A stretch of DNA of 62,095 bases, counting the filler, from Sphacelaria rigidula (Eukaryota), in assembly GCA_964200075.2 (NCBI GenBank). It is 4 parts of 4 records of this genome, joined end to end, with 100 filler letters (N's around TTAATTAATTAA, not from the genome) between each part and the next. Parts side by side here need not be neighbours in the genome. Positions count along the whole stretch, not along the records: positions 1 to 15,454 come from CAXNAA020001740.1; 3 more parts are not named here. The stretch is one strand, 5' to 3'. Every line of letters begins with the position of its first letter. Within the stretch, counting starts at the first letter, position 1. The position numbers and the translations under genes are program-made. The notes under the pieces were generated by a model. It saw only the letters and a program-made list of their open reading frames with translations, was not told where the DNA came from and did not search any database. Positions 1-13,899 of this stretch are shown one piece after another.

Positions 1-329
1 TTTGTATATTTGTTCTTTTTTTTTTTACTCTTTTTTGGTTGCCCCTTTTTTTTTTGTTACCGTTTTACGGGGCTCCGATTGGATCGAGGTTTCCCCCCCC
101 AAAACTGAGACCCCCGAAGAACGGTGAAAAAGTCAAAAATTGATGAAAGCCCCGACCTTCGAAAGTTGCATAATTACCCATGGAAGATTCGTGCAACATT
201 TCAGGGTCTAACTCCTTAAAACGGCGTGAGGTTTTGCCGATGAGTGTTTTCGGGGTGATCAACGTGAACCAGCCTGTATTCGCTCTGTGCGTCTGGCGCA
301 CCACGTAAAACGTGCCGCCGATCCGGGAA

Positions 330-985
330 TGTGCTGTCTGTGTTGTGGTCTTCCTCTGTGCCGAGTTTCAGGCCGGTTCGTTCAAACTCTGCGGCGAAAT
401 CCACAAGCAAAGTAACGCTTGACTTGTACTGAAAATACAGTACTGAACCGTCGAAAGATACATGAGGTGCGTACAGTAGTGTGATTCTTGTATGCGGGCA
501 TCTTCGCATTTGAGTTTCATTTTTTTTTTTTTTGGCATAAGACTGATGATTTCGTGTACGGTATGGTTGCGTGTTATTTGTGTTTTTGTGTTTTGTGTTT
601 CGCAGGGATATATGTACATGTAATATTTTTCACCACTTTTGCCGAGTTTTCTATGGAGGCAGGGCACTTTTTCCCGCGCTTTCTTCTGCAGCGCACTAAG
701 AATAAGAAGGCTCAGCGGTACATTACCGCTCAGGTTTGGGTGTCATCTGATACCTGTGGCGCGTGTTCTGGCCACCGAAGGGAATATGCTATCTGTGTTG
801 TGGTCTACCTCTGTGCCAAGTTTCAGGCCGGTTCGTTCAGACACGGCGGAGAAATCCACAAGCAAAGTAACGCTTGACTTGTACTGATAATGCAGTACTG
901 GACCGTTAAAAGATACATGAGGTGCGTATGATTCTTGTATGCGGGCATCTTGGCATTTTGAATTGCATTGTTTTTCTGGCGTAAG
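330..985 (+). repeat. Dispersed repeat family with a local direct duplication
   Basis: About 330-545 is repeated at about 785-985. The core TTTGGGTGTCATCTGATACCTGTGGCGCGTGTTCTGGCCA recurs at 2200-2720 (+) and 25630-26030 (-); a partial copy lies at 24240-24350 (-). Confidence 0.8.
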
Positions 986-2199
986 GCTACTTCTTTTGTA
1001 TGAAAAAACACGTCGTCAGAAAAGCCTTTTTTCAACAGCACGTTTTTCAACAAAAAAAATCAAAGTAGCCCTTCTTACGTGATCGACGTACTATCGATAT
1101 TGAAAACGCAGTGTTCATCGTTTCCTACGACGTGTGCGGACATACTTTCAAATTCTGGGGCGCGTGAGAGAGACGCAGCACTCTACTGTCCTGTCGCGGT
1201 CTACGGTCCATACTGACTGTCGGTACTGCTGTGATACATTGCCTGAGCAAAACATGGTCGGCTGCGCGACGCAAGACGATCATTAAAAACACCCCCTTGC
1301 TGTAACAACTGACTGTAGAACTGACGGTTGTGCTTTTTCACTGCACGGTAGTACTTGACTGAAAGGACAGTACGGACAAAGTACACACAACGGTGCTGTA
1401 TTGCATGCATTGGCTGTAGTACTTCAACAGTAGAACTATTCATGGTCTTGTGTGCACTGTCAGTACGGTCCTGTATCTACAAGGCTTGGGTGCGTAGGCA
1501 GTCTGTACTGCGAAGCGACGTCTGTTCGCATCAAGCTGCATGCACAGACCTGAACTGAGCTGCAAGTTCGCTGCATTGTTGTACTCGGCTGTACGGGCAG
1601 CACGGACAATAGTACGGACACTATGTTGTGTTGTACACGTTGGATGTACTACAGTCTTAGCACTACCTATCTTTTGGTCTTGTGTGTACCGTCAGTCCGG
1701 TCCTGTCACTACAAGGCTTGGGTGCGTTCTGTTCGCAACACGCTGCGTGCACAGACCTGAACTTGGTTACAATATTGTACGGACGACATACAGCACAAAC
1801 TGTCCTGTCTGTACAGCAGGTGTCATCAACCCTGCCCTCTGCTGTTCTCATGGGATAAAGGGCCACCACGCTATTGACGAGCGAAGGACAGTGATGCAAC
1901 ACGCTGAATACCCGCGAGCACCAGCGACAGCAGTAGTGGTGATGGCAGCTAGGCCATCACAGGTGCTGTCGTGGACTGTAAGCTGTGTTCAAAGGAGGTC
2001 CAAACGCTTTTTCGATATTTTTTTTCGATAGCCCGAGGTTATCGGAAAATCCTGATATTCTGATAAGTTTGGGCTATCGGAAAATGTTATCAGAAAACAT
2101 TCTATCAGGAAATGAGTTTTCTCATCACATGATGAGTGGGTTTTTGGTCATTTGTCAGAAAACGCGTTTTCTGATCGAGTTTTTTCATACATGAGAAGT

Positions 2200-2720
2200 A
2201 GCCTAAGACTGATGATTTCGTGTACCGTATGGTTGAGTGTGTTTTGTGTTCTTGTGCTTATGTGTTTTACAAGGATATATGTACATGTAATATTTTTCAT
2301 CACTTTTGCCGAGTTTTCTCTGGGAGCAGAGCATTTTCTCCCGCGCTTTCTTTTGCAGCGCACTGAGAAGGCTCAGCGATACATTACCCTTCAGGTTTGG
2401 GTGTCATTTGATACCTGTGGCGCGTGTTCTGGCCACCGAAAAAGTCGATCAAACCGGCCATTTCTCCGCGGGGTGTTGATCCCGAACCTCAACAGCCTTT
2501 TCAAGATAATGGAAAACTTGAAACAGCAACCCGAACCTCAAAAGCCTGCTGATCATGGAAGACTTCAAGCAGGATTACTTTTAGCGGGGTATTTTCCCCC
2601 CGTATTTCTCTTTGTCGCGTGCTCGTTCATTTGCGAGCACGAACATACCGGCTATGCCGTTGATGTCACGAGAATATGAGAGCAAAGCAGTCGAAAACAA
2701 TTGAACATTGCCTTGGCTTT
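2200..2720 (+). repeat. Copy of the same dispersed repeat family
   Basis: Aligns by eye with 535-780 and with the reverse of 25630-26030. Confidence 0.8.
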
Positions 2721-5463
2721 AGTCAGCAGCAAAACACAAGCCCGTGCAATGGACCGTTGGCGCCTCGAACAGGGCGCAGCACCACGGCAGCACAGGAATG
2801 TTTTGCCGCAAAAAACAATCACCCTGATTTAGAAAAAGGCCCCGTGATGTGGAAGCCACAGTAATGTACAAAGAAAATGCCAACATTATCCACGCATTCC
2901 AAGTTTTCGGCAAGTGTCTCCCGCTGTCATGTCTTTCTGGCACCTGGGAAATACCGCACATGTCCTACACCGGCGGTTCCGCAGTCGGCCTCCGTCGGAA
3001 TTCCCATATTTCCGAAAGACATCCGATAGTCAATGCGATCTTTTGTACAGCCACGATCACTACTGTACATTGATGCAGCAGTCTCTCTTGACCATATATT
3101 TTCGACTTGCGTCACCCCCCGGGAGGCCCGCACCAACCTCCCGAAGGGGATCCTATTAAATAAGGTTGTGTTGGGGTGAGGATTAATGTTTTTCGAACAA
3201 GGGGAAAACAATAGAACAAGAGGAAAACAATATTGAACAGAATAAAAAGTTCGATACGATATTTTGAAAAATCGACGAAAAAATGTCAATATTTGTCCAT
3301 AACGATATTTTTTTCGATACTCGGGAAATGACGCGATACATACGATACCGCCATTTTGGTAGGGACGCAGCTCGCAAGACCTATCGGCACTACACTGGCA
3401 CACTAGCAACCTAACCCGAAGTGGATGCACGCCTGATTGTACGACGGCGCAGCAGCAGAAGTGTGTGACTTGTTATTTGACATCATAGAAGCGGCGTCAC
3501 AACATGCGGCGTGATCCTTCTGTCTCGCAGTTTGTTTTCGTCATCGTACAAGAGGCAACAGGCAACAGGGGTAGTTGATCACAACGCCAGGTGTGACGTG
3601 TGATGCATAGTATGTTGTTCAAGGCGGTGATGCACCAATTATATTTTGCGGCCACTATTCTGTTTTGTCTTGATCGAATCAGAGCATTTACCTTGACCCT
3701 AGGAACATGAAGCGAACCTCTGCAAAAAATCACGCAAATGCGGAGGATGGGGAAATGATGACTTCGAGAAGCGAGCGCGGATGACAATTGATCATACAGC
3801 AGAAAGATGAAGCTTATCGCTCCTGCTGGAGACACGCACTTGACTTTTTTTTCATACCCACTACGAGCTGACAACAGTGGGTGGTTTTCTCGCCCAGGCG
3901 ACGTACGGCGTACAATTAGGAGTTGGACGCTGAAATTTTGGCAGCAGCTTATTACGATCGACATGCAGAACATCCCGAGAGCAGCAAAGAAGAAAATAAA
4001 ATAAAAAATGAAGTTTTGAAGACTTGAAATTTCAGCTAAAACAAGATGATGCCACGAGTCCAGGGAAAACGTGAGAATCTGCAGCTGCCCCCGGGATGTA
4101 TGATTTCCTTGAGTGCAGAAGGTCTTCGTGAAATTTCAACTCAAGAGTCGTCGAATTGGGCCATGCGTGCAACGTTTGCGTGACGCTGCTTCACCCCACA
4201 TATACCCAGTGCGGGGTAATTGCTGACGTGGACCCACCGCATTAAAAAAAAACGCATTCCGACATGCTATCGCCCAGCGATATCAGATGCACCCCGTAAT
4301 CTATGCAGTACAACGACGTCATCGGCAATACGACGCCAGTTGAACAGCGACGCAGTCCTCTTTCATCCCGTAGGCCTGCAGTTCACAGTGATGGGCTTAC
4401 ATCGGGTTCATTCGGAAAACTGGGAAAGCCGTGGTGCGGGCAACTTTTAACCGCTTTTAAGCTGGCCCAGCTCGTACATGGCTGGGGTGTGTATGAAGCC
4501 CATCGCTCCTGTGCGAGTCCCACTTGATATTATTTTCATACCCACTCCATCGCCGGGGTGTGCTCGCCGTTTTCTCTCTGTCCTTCATTGCGTTCATTAT
4601 GCGGGTGACCGGGGACAACAACAGCGGTCTCGAACACCCGTTCAATGGCGACGTCAGCAAACCATCCATTGTTCTGACGGTAGAAGTTACTTGTGCTCAC
4701 GGCTTTGAGTGCAATAAAATGCCACCGCCACCGCAATGCCTCACAGTACCTCTTGCACGGTACTGTCTGTGTAGCACATAGTACTGTCCGCGGTTGGGGG
4801 ACAATGCTACGCGGTACTGTCTGTACTGTCTGTGGAATACACACTTACTATCAACAATTGATCCAAACACACAAACTTTCGTGGGTCAGTTGTCTGCCAA
4901 GCGTGTGAAGCGTGTGCGATACCTTCAACGATGATCTCCGTACTACGGTACTGCTGCTGCTGTTGCGTTTGCGGCTAGCTGCTGGTGGTTCGTTCGTATG
5001 TGTATGTGTACGTGTGAGCTGAGTTGTGGGTGTGCCTGCCGTGGCGTGCCCTATATGCCTGCTCTGTTATGCGTGGGTGCGTTCAACATGGTTTGCCGGC
5101 TCTATTGTGCGCGGGTTGATTCAAAAATGGCGTTAGTTGGACCGGCGGGTCTGCACAAATGCAATGTGTGACTGGTTCTAGGCTGCAGGCAAGATCTCTT
5201 ACGTGTCCTGCGCAGGCTTTTACACGCCGGCCCGTGGGGTGGTGGACGGAAGCATGTGAAAAAAAAGGGGACGATATGCTGCCTACTACCCCCCATGTGC
5301 TTCCGAGCCACCGATCCCCCCCCTCCCCCCCCGAACAAGAAGATAAAGAGCAATGGCCTAGAAAATGTATTCCTTCTCGTATTTTGCCTGAGAAAGGTAC
5401 GAAAAATGACCAGGAACGCGCAAACAGCGAAACACACAATCTTGATTTCGCTCCGAATTTTTC

Positions 5464-5599
5464 CACATCCTGGACAGTAGATTCTATTGTCGAAATGTGT
5501 ACTACGTACATTATGGAATCTGTTGTCTGTTGCAATAGGCGCGATAGTCGATAATGTACGCAGTACACTTTTTGACTGTATTCTTTTGTCCAGCATGTG
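5464..5599. mobile_element. Older copy of the CACACCCTGGACAA MITE family
   Basis: CACATCCTGGACA ... TGTCCAGCATGTG ends; interior similar to the reverse of 61533-61712. Confidence 0.6.
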
Positions 5600-7446
5600 A
5601 TCGTTTCACGCACAACAATCGCGGAACTCCTCGGGACCCGGGCCTCGAAAACAAAACACAAAAAAACATGTTACTCGCGAGACATGGCCATGCGCGGAAG
5701 GACTTTTCGCCTCCAGAAACTACTTTCCCTTTTTAGGCCAGATTTCGGCCAGGTGTGCGTGATGTAGGAATTTTGCTCCAATCGTACTTTATCTGGGCCA
5801 CCGGTCAGCGCAGATAGTGCCTGTCCTGGGCAATCGCTTCCCACACTGTACCTTATGCGGCACTCTGCGCGCAAGGGAATCCACGCGCCAACTCCAACCA
5901 TTGCCCCAACATACTCGGCTGTTTTACCACTCATTTGCCGTTCACGAACACCACAGCGACCACACCCCTTTCTCCTCGAAAACAGTTCCCGAGTCTCTCC
6001 GCATCGACACAAGAACTGGACTTACAACTGACAACGGGTTGGACCTTTGCGCTTGCGGAGTGTTAGTGTTGTCTAACATGGTGCCGTTGCGATCTGGGGC
6101 TGGTGGCAGCGTGCTGTCAGCGTGCCCTTAATTACTGCGTACGTTTGCGCGAAACATACCAATAAGCAGGTGATCCTATGGGGTCAAGGTGTGCCATATT
6201 GCACATACTTCCTCCGTGCCATAAGTAAAGGTCCTAATGGGTGTTTCATTGTTTGGGTATTTCAACCTTGACGATCATCCTATGGTTGGGTTCGTCAGAG
6301 AGATGGAGCGCAGATAGAGCTGATGGAGAAAAAGAAACGGGAAAAAAACTTGTTTTCTTCATCACTGCAATCATGTCGAAATAGAGCGCAATTTGACCCT
6401 CTTTAACCCATTTATACCCCATCATTGACCGATTTTGGACGTTTTCATGTCAAGCACTACCAATTATATGCTAACAAAATATTGGATGGGGTGTGCGTAG
6501 GTTAACATCACGGACATGTCCAAAATCAGTGGTGTTTCCGCGATTTTCACATTTTTTCTGCCCCATGTTTCGCGATTTGCCGTGTTCCCGGGTCTCATGC
6601 TTTCACGGTTAGGACGGATCATCACGGGTTCGAATCACCAACTCCACGATTTCTTCGGCCTGATTGCCCAAAGGGATAAAAAAGTTGACCGCTGGTCCAA
6701 GGGGTATCCACGCAACTTTTGCGCCATTCCACGTGTCTGGACTACGTGTACCTGGGTTGCAACGCTGAAAACAAAGTCTAGGGATTGATTTGTACGATTC
6801 GAATCAATTACACTAAAACCAAGTAGCTCCCAGACGAATCACTGATTTGTCCGACCTTGCATGCTTCCCTAGAAAAACGAGCGAAAAATGGTCGTTTTTG
6901 GACCGACCTACTTTTTCTCGGCCGCGCGGCTGCATGGGTCAAGCACGCACGTTGTAGAAAGAATGTTGGTTTCAGTTTTAGAAAACGCCGACGAATGCAA
7001 TAAAAAGATCGAAAATCAAATTTCACACCGGTAAGGGTCCGTGCAATCATAACGACTTTTACTCAGGGCACAGAGGAAGTAGTCGCTCAATGTTGAATAT
7101 TCTTGCTTGGTCTTGCAGCGGCTAACGTCCACCAAGGCACCGTGATGTTACAGCAGTCGCGTTTATTGAATAACCTTGATATCATCGCACTGTTTTCAGT
7201 AGTGTCTGCTACATAAAATGGAGCTAGGATTGTCTCAATTCAGTGAAGTAGCTCGACCGGTTGATGAAGGGGATTTCAGTAGATCTTCTCTGTACGAGCA
7301 TTTGTGCATTAAAATCGAAAGGCATGGACCATCGCATATAGGAGTGCTTGCGCCAGCACCCATCATCACTTGTCCGGCAAAATTCGACCTTCTGATTTTA
7401 CCAGGGAGTGTTCCACCCCGGGAGTCATCATCTAGTTACTCGCGCG

Positions 7447-10400
7447 ATGATTCGGGTGGGTCTCGTTGGGTTAGGGAGGATGGGCTCGGGCATGGCCCTG
7501 AACATAGCCAAGGCGGGGTTTCCGCTGTCGCTGTACGACGCTGAGGAAGGGCGGGCCGAAGACCTACGAGACAACTGGGCCAAGAATAAAGATCTCCCTC
7601 CAGGTGAGAGATGGATCAAATAGTGAGGGAAACGAGTTTGTGTAACAAAACGTACGCAATAATTCTGTTGAGAGTATTTGAGTATGTGTACCGTGCAACA
7701 CGCGTGTGTCTTTTTGGTGGAAGTTGGCGACTGAGAAGATGTACGAAGCGATACGGTCTCCCTTTTGGTCGATAAGGTGTGGCACATCATGGATCCACGG
7801 TGGTTGAACAGGCGTTTTTTTTTTTCTTTGATGGAAGGAGGAAACCCAACCCAACACTTACCCCGCCGGCGATCGATCGCGGGCGAGTTCGTATGCCGAT
7901 TACCCGAAGGCTCGGCTAGAACAGGCGCATAGGTTAACACTAGTTTGTGGCGCGGTTCGTGAATTGGGCTCCCGACAGCGGAGTTGCCCCCTCTCATATA
8001 TATGTTTGTCTTGTCTAAGAAAGTGAGACAACGTATGGCAGTCAACAAAATACAGTTATTCGATGAAAACTAGCAGGCTGCGGGTGAGTGCCGATTCAAC
8101 GCATTGCATCCACGTGCAAGGCAGGGACCGTAACTGGGTGGATACTGGTTGATCCTTGAAGACAACGGCCTCATACCGACCGACGAAAGTGAGGGAGGAG
8201 GGGGTGGAAATTCCTCGCGAAACGAAAAAAAAAAAATTACGATGCAAAACGTGGCGTGTGGCGTCGGAGTTACGCATTTTATCAACCCGAAGCGAAGCGT
8301 TCGTGGTTGTCGTTCTCCACAGTTTAGTCGCCATTTACTAGCTCTATAGGAATACGAGAAGGGTTCGCTGTGAGGCGGTGTATCGGCTAAAGTGATCTCA
8401 TAGGCGAGATGACACTTGATGTTGAGCTATGTATGCCATGCTTTACCGGTTACCTAGGGTACAGGAGATACCCCTGTGGCATATTTACTGACAACATATG
8501 CTTCAGTTCAACCAATCGTCGCCTTTTTTGGGGGGGTTTCCACTTTTGTTTTTGGGATGTGGGCAAATATTTCGAAAGAAAGGGCCGGGCGGACTATGCA
8601 CACCCAACCTCCATCCTCAAGGTTCCGCGGCGGATGTTATGCTGGCGAGCGACGTATGCCTCATGTGCGTCCACTCGGAAGAACAAACCATCGATGTATT
8701 GGCTGGTGAAGATGGCCTACTTACCGTGGGTGCCAGAGCGATGGCAGACAAGGTGAGTACTGCCGTGTCCACGAAACCCCGCAAGAACTGCGCCATGTGG
8801 TGATACCCCGTGAAAACGGTGAGCAGGGTTGGCTCACCATTTCTTGACCGGTTTCTCCACGAAATTCTCTTTTCTGGGTACCATTCGATACATGCTTTGT
8901 TTTTTCTCGCGGAGGGACTTGTTCGTTACCGCCGTATTCGAGGGTACTTGCTCTATTATTTCGGTGGTGAATGCCAGGTACAGCAAAATAGATTACGGAT
9001 GAAGACGCTTTCGTAATCTCGAAACCTGCTGGCGGTTGGGATCTGGATCCGAAATCTCGGTGGAGTTACACGACCTGGGATTTTTTTCGGACCCTTTGCT
9101 TCGTTCGACGTCTTCTTCTGCCGTCTCTGCTGGTTTGTTGAAACAGCTGCGTCGCATGATACCGTTCCAAAACCTCACCTCTCTCTGTACATGAACAACT
9201 GAGTTGACGTAGATGTTTCCTTGAGAGGGCTTGCACGATATTGTCCCTCTTGAACCCCTCGCTTTTCATCACTAGCGGTTAAATGTTACATTTACCGATG
9301 AATCGTTGTTTCCAGAAGGACTACAGGCTGGGCCGCCCAAGATGCGGATAGGAATGTAAAAACGCGATCATGCTACTCACATTTGTATCGTTTACCATGA
9401 AATTTTGACACGATGTACAGGACGAATGTGCGCAGACTCCATTACCCCCGCCCCCCCGACACGCACATACACACTCACAGTATTTTTTTCGTTATTCACA
9501 ATTTAGTCCCGAAAAACTGTCCTGGAATGTTTAGTCTCCAATAACTCACGGAGGGAAAAAAGTGTGGAGGGGGGGGGGTATGATGAGGTCTTTGCACATA
9601 CCTCCTGTTCATCGTGTCAAAAATTTATAGAAAGCAACCCAACATTATTCAGCATGATGGCGTGTTCGTGTCGAAGACCGGTTCCTATGCAGAGATGGAT
9701 GGACCAGCCACGAAAAATGAAATGCGGTTAGGCTGTTCAATTTCAAGTCTTTTTTCACGAAATTTTGACACGATGTGCACAATGTGTGTTGGGAAGATCC
9801 TGTTGTCCCTCCTTGACTTTTTTTTCATTTGTCATGGAGTTGACGCTTTTGTACCAGAGAAACTTGTTTCAAACTTTCGATCACCATTAATTCACGGGGA
9901 AAAGAAAAGGATGAGGGGGAAACGACAGGGGCTTAGCACATACCTCATGTGCATCCTGTCAAAATTTCATGGAGAACGACTCAAAATTGAGCAGCGTAAC
10001 CGCGCTTTTCTGTTGAGAACCGGTTGACTTGCGCTTGGAGTACAACAACCACTGTCGGAACTTTGACGTTCTCCACAAGCTTTCTTCACCCACTGCTCAC
10101 CGGTTCGCACACTAGTACCAGACGCCTTGGCGCGCTGGAGGCCTCGTCTGCGTGCCATCTCAGACACTGCGCGCCTACAGCACATGCATTGTTGCACAAT
10201 CACAACTTGTGCAGCACCACCACTTCGCAGCCGCGGCTCAACCGATTGTAACCGAAAATGCGATTTCAGCCGTTTTTTGCCTTAATTCCGCCGCACATGT
10301 CACCCTCAACTCTCTATACTTCGCAGCAGTTTTGTATGTCATTCGATGGGAACTTGTCGGATCGTAGTGCTTCGTGGATTGGAAGACGCGCTCTGATTCG

Positions 10401-12112
10401 CACATCACCACGATGTGTCATAGTAGGCATAGCTCGCGATATATCGTCAGTTAGAACGGGCTGAAGGAAAGTTCGTTTCTTCGGCGGGCCAGCCTGTAGA
10501 CACATCACAGGCGTTTCGGTTCGTGCAGCTCTTGATCACTTGGAGTTGAGAGGAAATGTACCATCCTCAAGGAAAACGGCCTCCTGCATGTTGAATCGAC
10601 CAGTGCGGGCGTTGTCACTCCCTCTCCCGCCCTCCCAACTGAGTGTGCTCTGCTATAGCCGGAGGATGTACGGTCAATGGCCCACAGCTAACAACAATGG
10701 GGGCATGATGAGCAAAATGTATTCTCCCCCCTCCCCCTTTCCGATGTGTCGTCACGGATGATTTATTTTACATTTTTCGTCGTCGGCCAGATTATTGTGG
10801 ATCACGGTACCGTCTCCCCTCGTTTTTCGCGGAAAATGGCCGACACGGTGGCAGCAGGTGGCGGGGCATTTCTTGATGCACCCATCAGCGGTGGTCCTCA
10901 GGGCGCAAAAAATGGTTCGTGCTTGCGTCATGCTCTAATTTCTGTGTATTAGGCAGGCAGTCTGCGTGTCAGTGGTGGGCGTTGCGGGTTCAGAAGGTGC
11001 ACTGTTTGCCCTGTTTTTGGCTGGACTACGGTTGGGTGGGGTTGTTTCGTTGTGGGAGGGTATCTGGGAGTGTTGCACGTTACGGTGAGGTGTTGGGCGC
11101 GGGGTTGCCGTGGTTGACATGGGCGAGTGCGACAAGGGATTGGCGCGGCGGATTTCTGGTTTCCTCTCATTTCCTTCATGTATGCTGTGTGTCGAGTGTC
11201 GATTTGACACGGTGCATGCGGCGTATCGAGGGAGACAGCTAGATGCAAGCGTCTGTCAGCGTGTGGCCCCGAACGTTCTTACGGCGGTCGTTGAGGATGG
11301 GGTTGGAGTTGTCGCTGAGGATATCTCTAATCTTCTGCATCAAATATTCCGTACAAGCACTCGGCAAAACATCTGAATGGTGTCCGTTATGCAGGTACGC
11401 TTTCTATTATGGTCGGTGGTAAGGAGACCCACGTGAACATCTGTCGGCCTGTTTTCGAGGCCATGGGAAGCCGTGTCGAGCACATGGGCTCCGCTGGATC
11501 TGGGGCGGCTGCTAAGCTCGTGAATCAGGTGATCTGGGCTATACTGTAGCGTAGTGCACCTGCAATTATGCGGCATGGTGACTGAAGCCAAAATCACCCA
11601 CTCTGTCTCTTCGTCCGCCTCGCGAGGCTGGCCGTGTTGCGGATAATGTCATCTGCAGTAAAAGGTGTAGCCACTGAATAGAAAAAAATGACAAGCTGTG
11701 CATATTCGCCCTGTTGCTATCACCGGCTTGTACGATGTCAGCTTGATGGCGGGTACACTGCCCTTGGTAGGGGGGCTTCGCCGAAGTGAAAGTGCATGTG
11801 GGACATGTGTTCCCTCCTTCGTGCAGAGCCTGATGTTTTTTTGGTCGTGATTCGAGGAAGGAGAGGTGGTGGCTTCACTGCTGTGCATCTCGGTAAAATG
11901 AAGCATTGCGTTCACGCACTGTTGCCACTTTATTCTCGTAGATCTTGCCCTCTAACGTTGTGTTTCCTCCTCTCCTTTTTTTGTTCTTCCAATCAGCATC
12001 TTGTCATTGCGAACACGGTGGCTGCATGCGAGGCATATGTGCTGGCGGGACGACTCGGTCTTCGAGACACCGTCAAGCTCCGGGACTTGTTGCAAGCATC
12101 GTGGGGACACAG
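7447..12112 (+). CDS. Beta-hydroxyacid dehydrogenase family (3-hydroxyisobutyrate dehydrogenase/tartronate semialdehyde reductase-like), 5 exons, 3' end missing
   Basis: Phase-compatible exons 7447-7603, 8622-8752, 10791-10914, 11395-11528, 11997-12112. Motifs: MIRVGLVGLGRMGSGMALN (Rossmann fold), IIVDHGTVSP, FLDAPISGGPQGAKNG|TLSIMVGG, GSGAAAKLVNQ (catalytic Lys motif). No later exon was found before the contig ends at 15454. Confidence 0.9.
9324..10496. mobile_element. Non-autonomous Tc1/mariner-type element in dehydrogenase intron 2
   Basis: TA-CAGGCTGGGCCGCC ... GGCGGGCCAGCCTG-TA. Two internal ~220-bp modules are each bounded by inverted GAAATTTTGACACGATG motifs (about 9400-9625 and 9758-9968). 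Confidence 0.7.
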
Positions 12113-12259
12113 GCAAGAAGTGTTGCAGTGGGTACTCGCACTGAAAACTCTCACGTTGCTATGGGATTTTTTTCAAACTGTGTTTTAGTTTTCCGTATCA
12201 CGTGTATGGGCATAATTACACGGTTCGGACGATTCAGAACTAATACTGGTTGACTCCTC

Positions 12260-12935
12260 ATGAATGTTGAGTGCGAATCATGTACCAAAGAGTCATCGGG
12301 TATGAATCACGGATTGTGAAGTTGTGTTTTCAAGATCATAACGCACGAATCGTGGACTGAGAATGTGTACACTCCACGTTGTCTTACAAAATCAGGAGCG
12401 AAAAACATGTTCGAATCATGGTTCCTGTACGAACCACTGTTGAAACACACGTGCCTATGATTCATTCTGCATGAAATTGGAGAAATATGTACACGTGATT
12501 CCCCCCGCATGAACTAAAGAGGAGAAATATGTACCCATGATTCATGCTGTATGAATGTAACAGGTAGGAACCATGTACCCATGATTTATCCCGCATGAAC
12601 TAATGGGAAGAAATAGGTACCCATGATCCATACCGTTTGAATGAAATGTGGGGATCATGTACCCATGATTCATCCCGTATGCACCAAAGGAGAGAAATAT
12701 GTACCATGATTCACGCCGTATGAATGAAAAGTGGGAAACATGTACCCATGATTCATGCTGGATGAATAAAAGGAGATGGATATGTACCCATGATTCATGC
12801 CGTATGGAGGGAAGGTGGGGAACATGTACTTATGATGCAGGATTTTCGTGGATGAAAGAGGACAATACGTACCCGTAATTCATGCCGTGCATGTGATTCA
12901 TGCCGTATGAAAGGAAGGTGAGAATCATGTACGTG
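12260..12935. repeat. Minisatellite, ~42-bp unit
   Basis: Recurrent ATGTACCCATGATTCATGCCGTATGAA core, best preserved at 12480-12930. Confidence 0.85.
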
Positions 12936-13899
12936 AATTACGAGTGAGTAGCGGGAACGAATCGTCGCCCTTGTCGGGACCGTACGATTCGTTTCGTGCG
13001 AAGAACCAAGAAGTCACTACATGCACAATGGATGTCCCACGACCACACCTCAAATTCCACAACTCGAAAGTGCTATACTAGTTTGCGTACCCCCCTCCCT
13101 ACCTCCACAAATATTTTCTGGTAACTCAAGGAGGGCCGAGGTATTTTTTTCGTCCATACCGACGTACCTCAGGGTACTCTCAATTCGTTTGTTTTCATTT
13201 TTTCAAAAGCCTTAAGCCACTGATTTGTGATTTGCACCACGCTAGGACGTGGGTGCTTATAATTGGGTGTTTTCACTGTTCTGGATTAAGACTTGGTTGT
13301 GCCCTTGGTATAGTTGCTGCATCTGCGTCAAGACAAGCACAGGTGAGCATCACTACGCGATATACTGCGAGCTGGAACCAAGTGAAACCGACGATCTCCC
13401 ATCATGCATGCTGAATGATGACAAAAAAACACCGAAAAAACGTTTCACTTCCTGTTGAAAATGTATCGAACATTTGAAGAATCGACCTATTGAACCGTCG
13501 GATGATCGCCGATCGTGGTTCAGAGTTCACGTAAGTAATACTTTTCCATCTCGCCCCCATCCAGTCACCATCACCTCCGCCTAACAGAAAAAAGTATTCA
13601 TGTTGATGAGATAATGTATATAATGCAGGCAAAATTACCTTTGGGTGCGGGATTTGGGAACAGGTGCCCCCCCCTGCCCCCCTTGCCTCAAGACGCTGCA
13701 CACGGATGATCAACGGTCATGGCGTGGCGGCCCTCAACCCCGCCGTACTGATTTCTCCCCCGCCGGCGATGGAAATATACGCTCACCACAACACCAAAAA
13801 AATGGAATACAGTATCGTACTGAGGCCGCTCCATTTGCGTTTAATCTTGCCGTCAAACGATCCATGTTCCCAAGCAAACGAAAAAAATGAACACCACCC

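Noticed and set aside
488-2679. Similar ORFs 488-877, 2152-2679 and 25507-26064 as a gene family
   Set aside because: They are readings of one dispersed repeat with inconsistent starts, ends and frames and no recognisable domain.
8077-8083. 7-nt microexon CAG|GCTGCGG|GTGAGT in the dehydrogenase
   Set aside because: It would break the phase-1 join between exons 1 and 2.
12260-12935. CRISPR-like periodic repeat
   Set aside because: The linkers are short and related to each other rather than unique spacers, the repeats are degenerate, there are no cas genes, and it sits in a eukaryotic intron.
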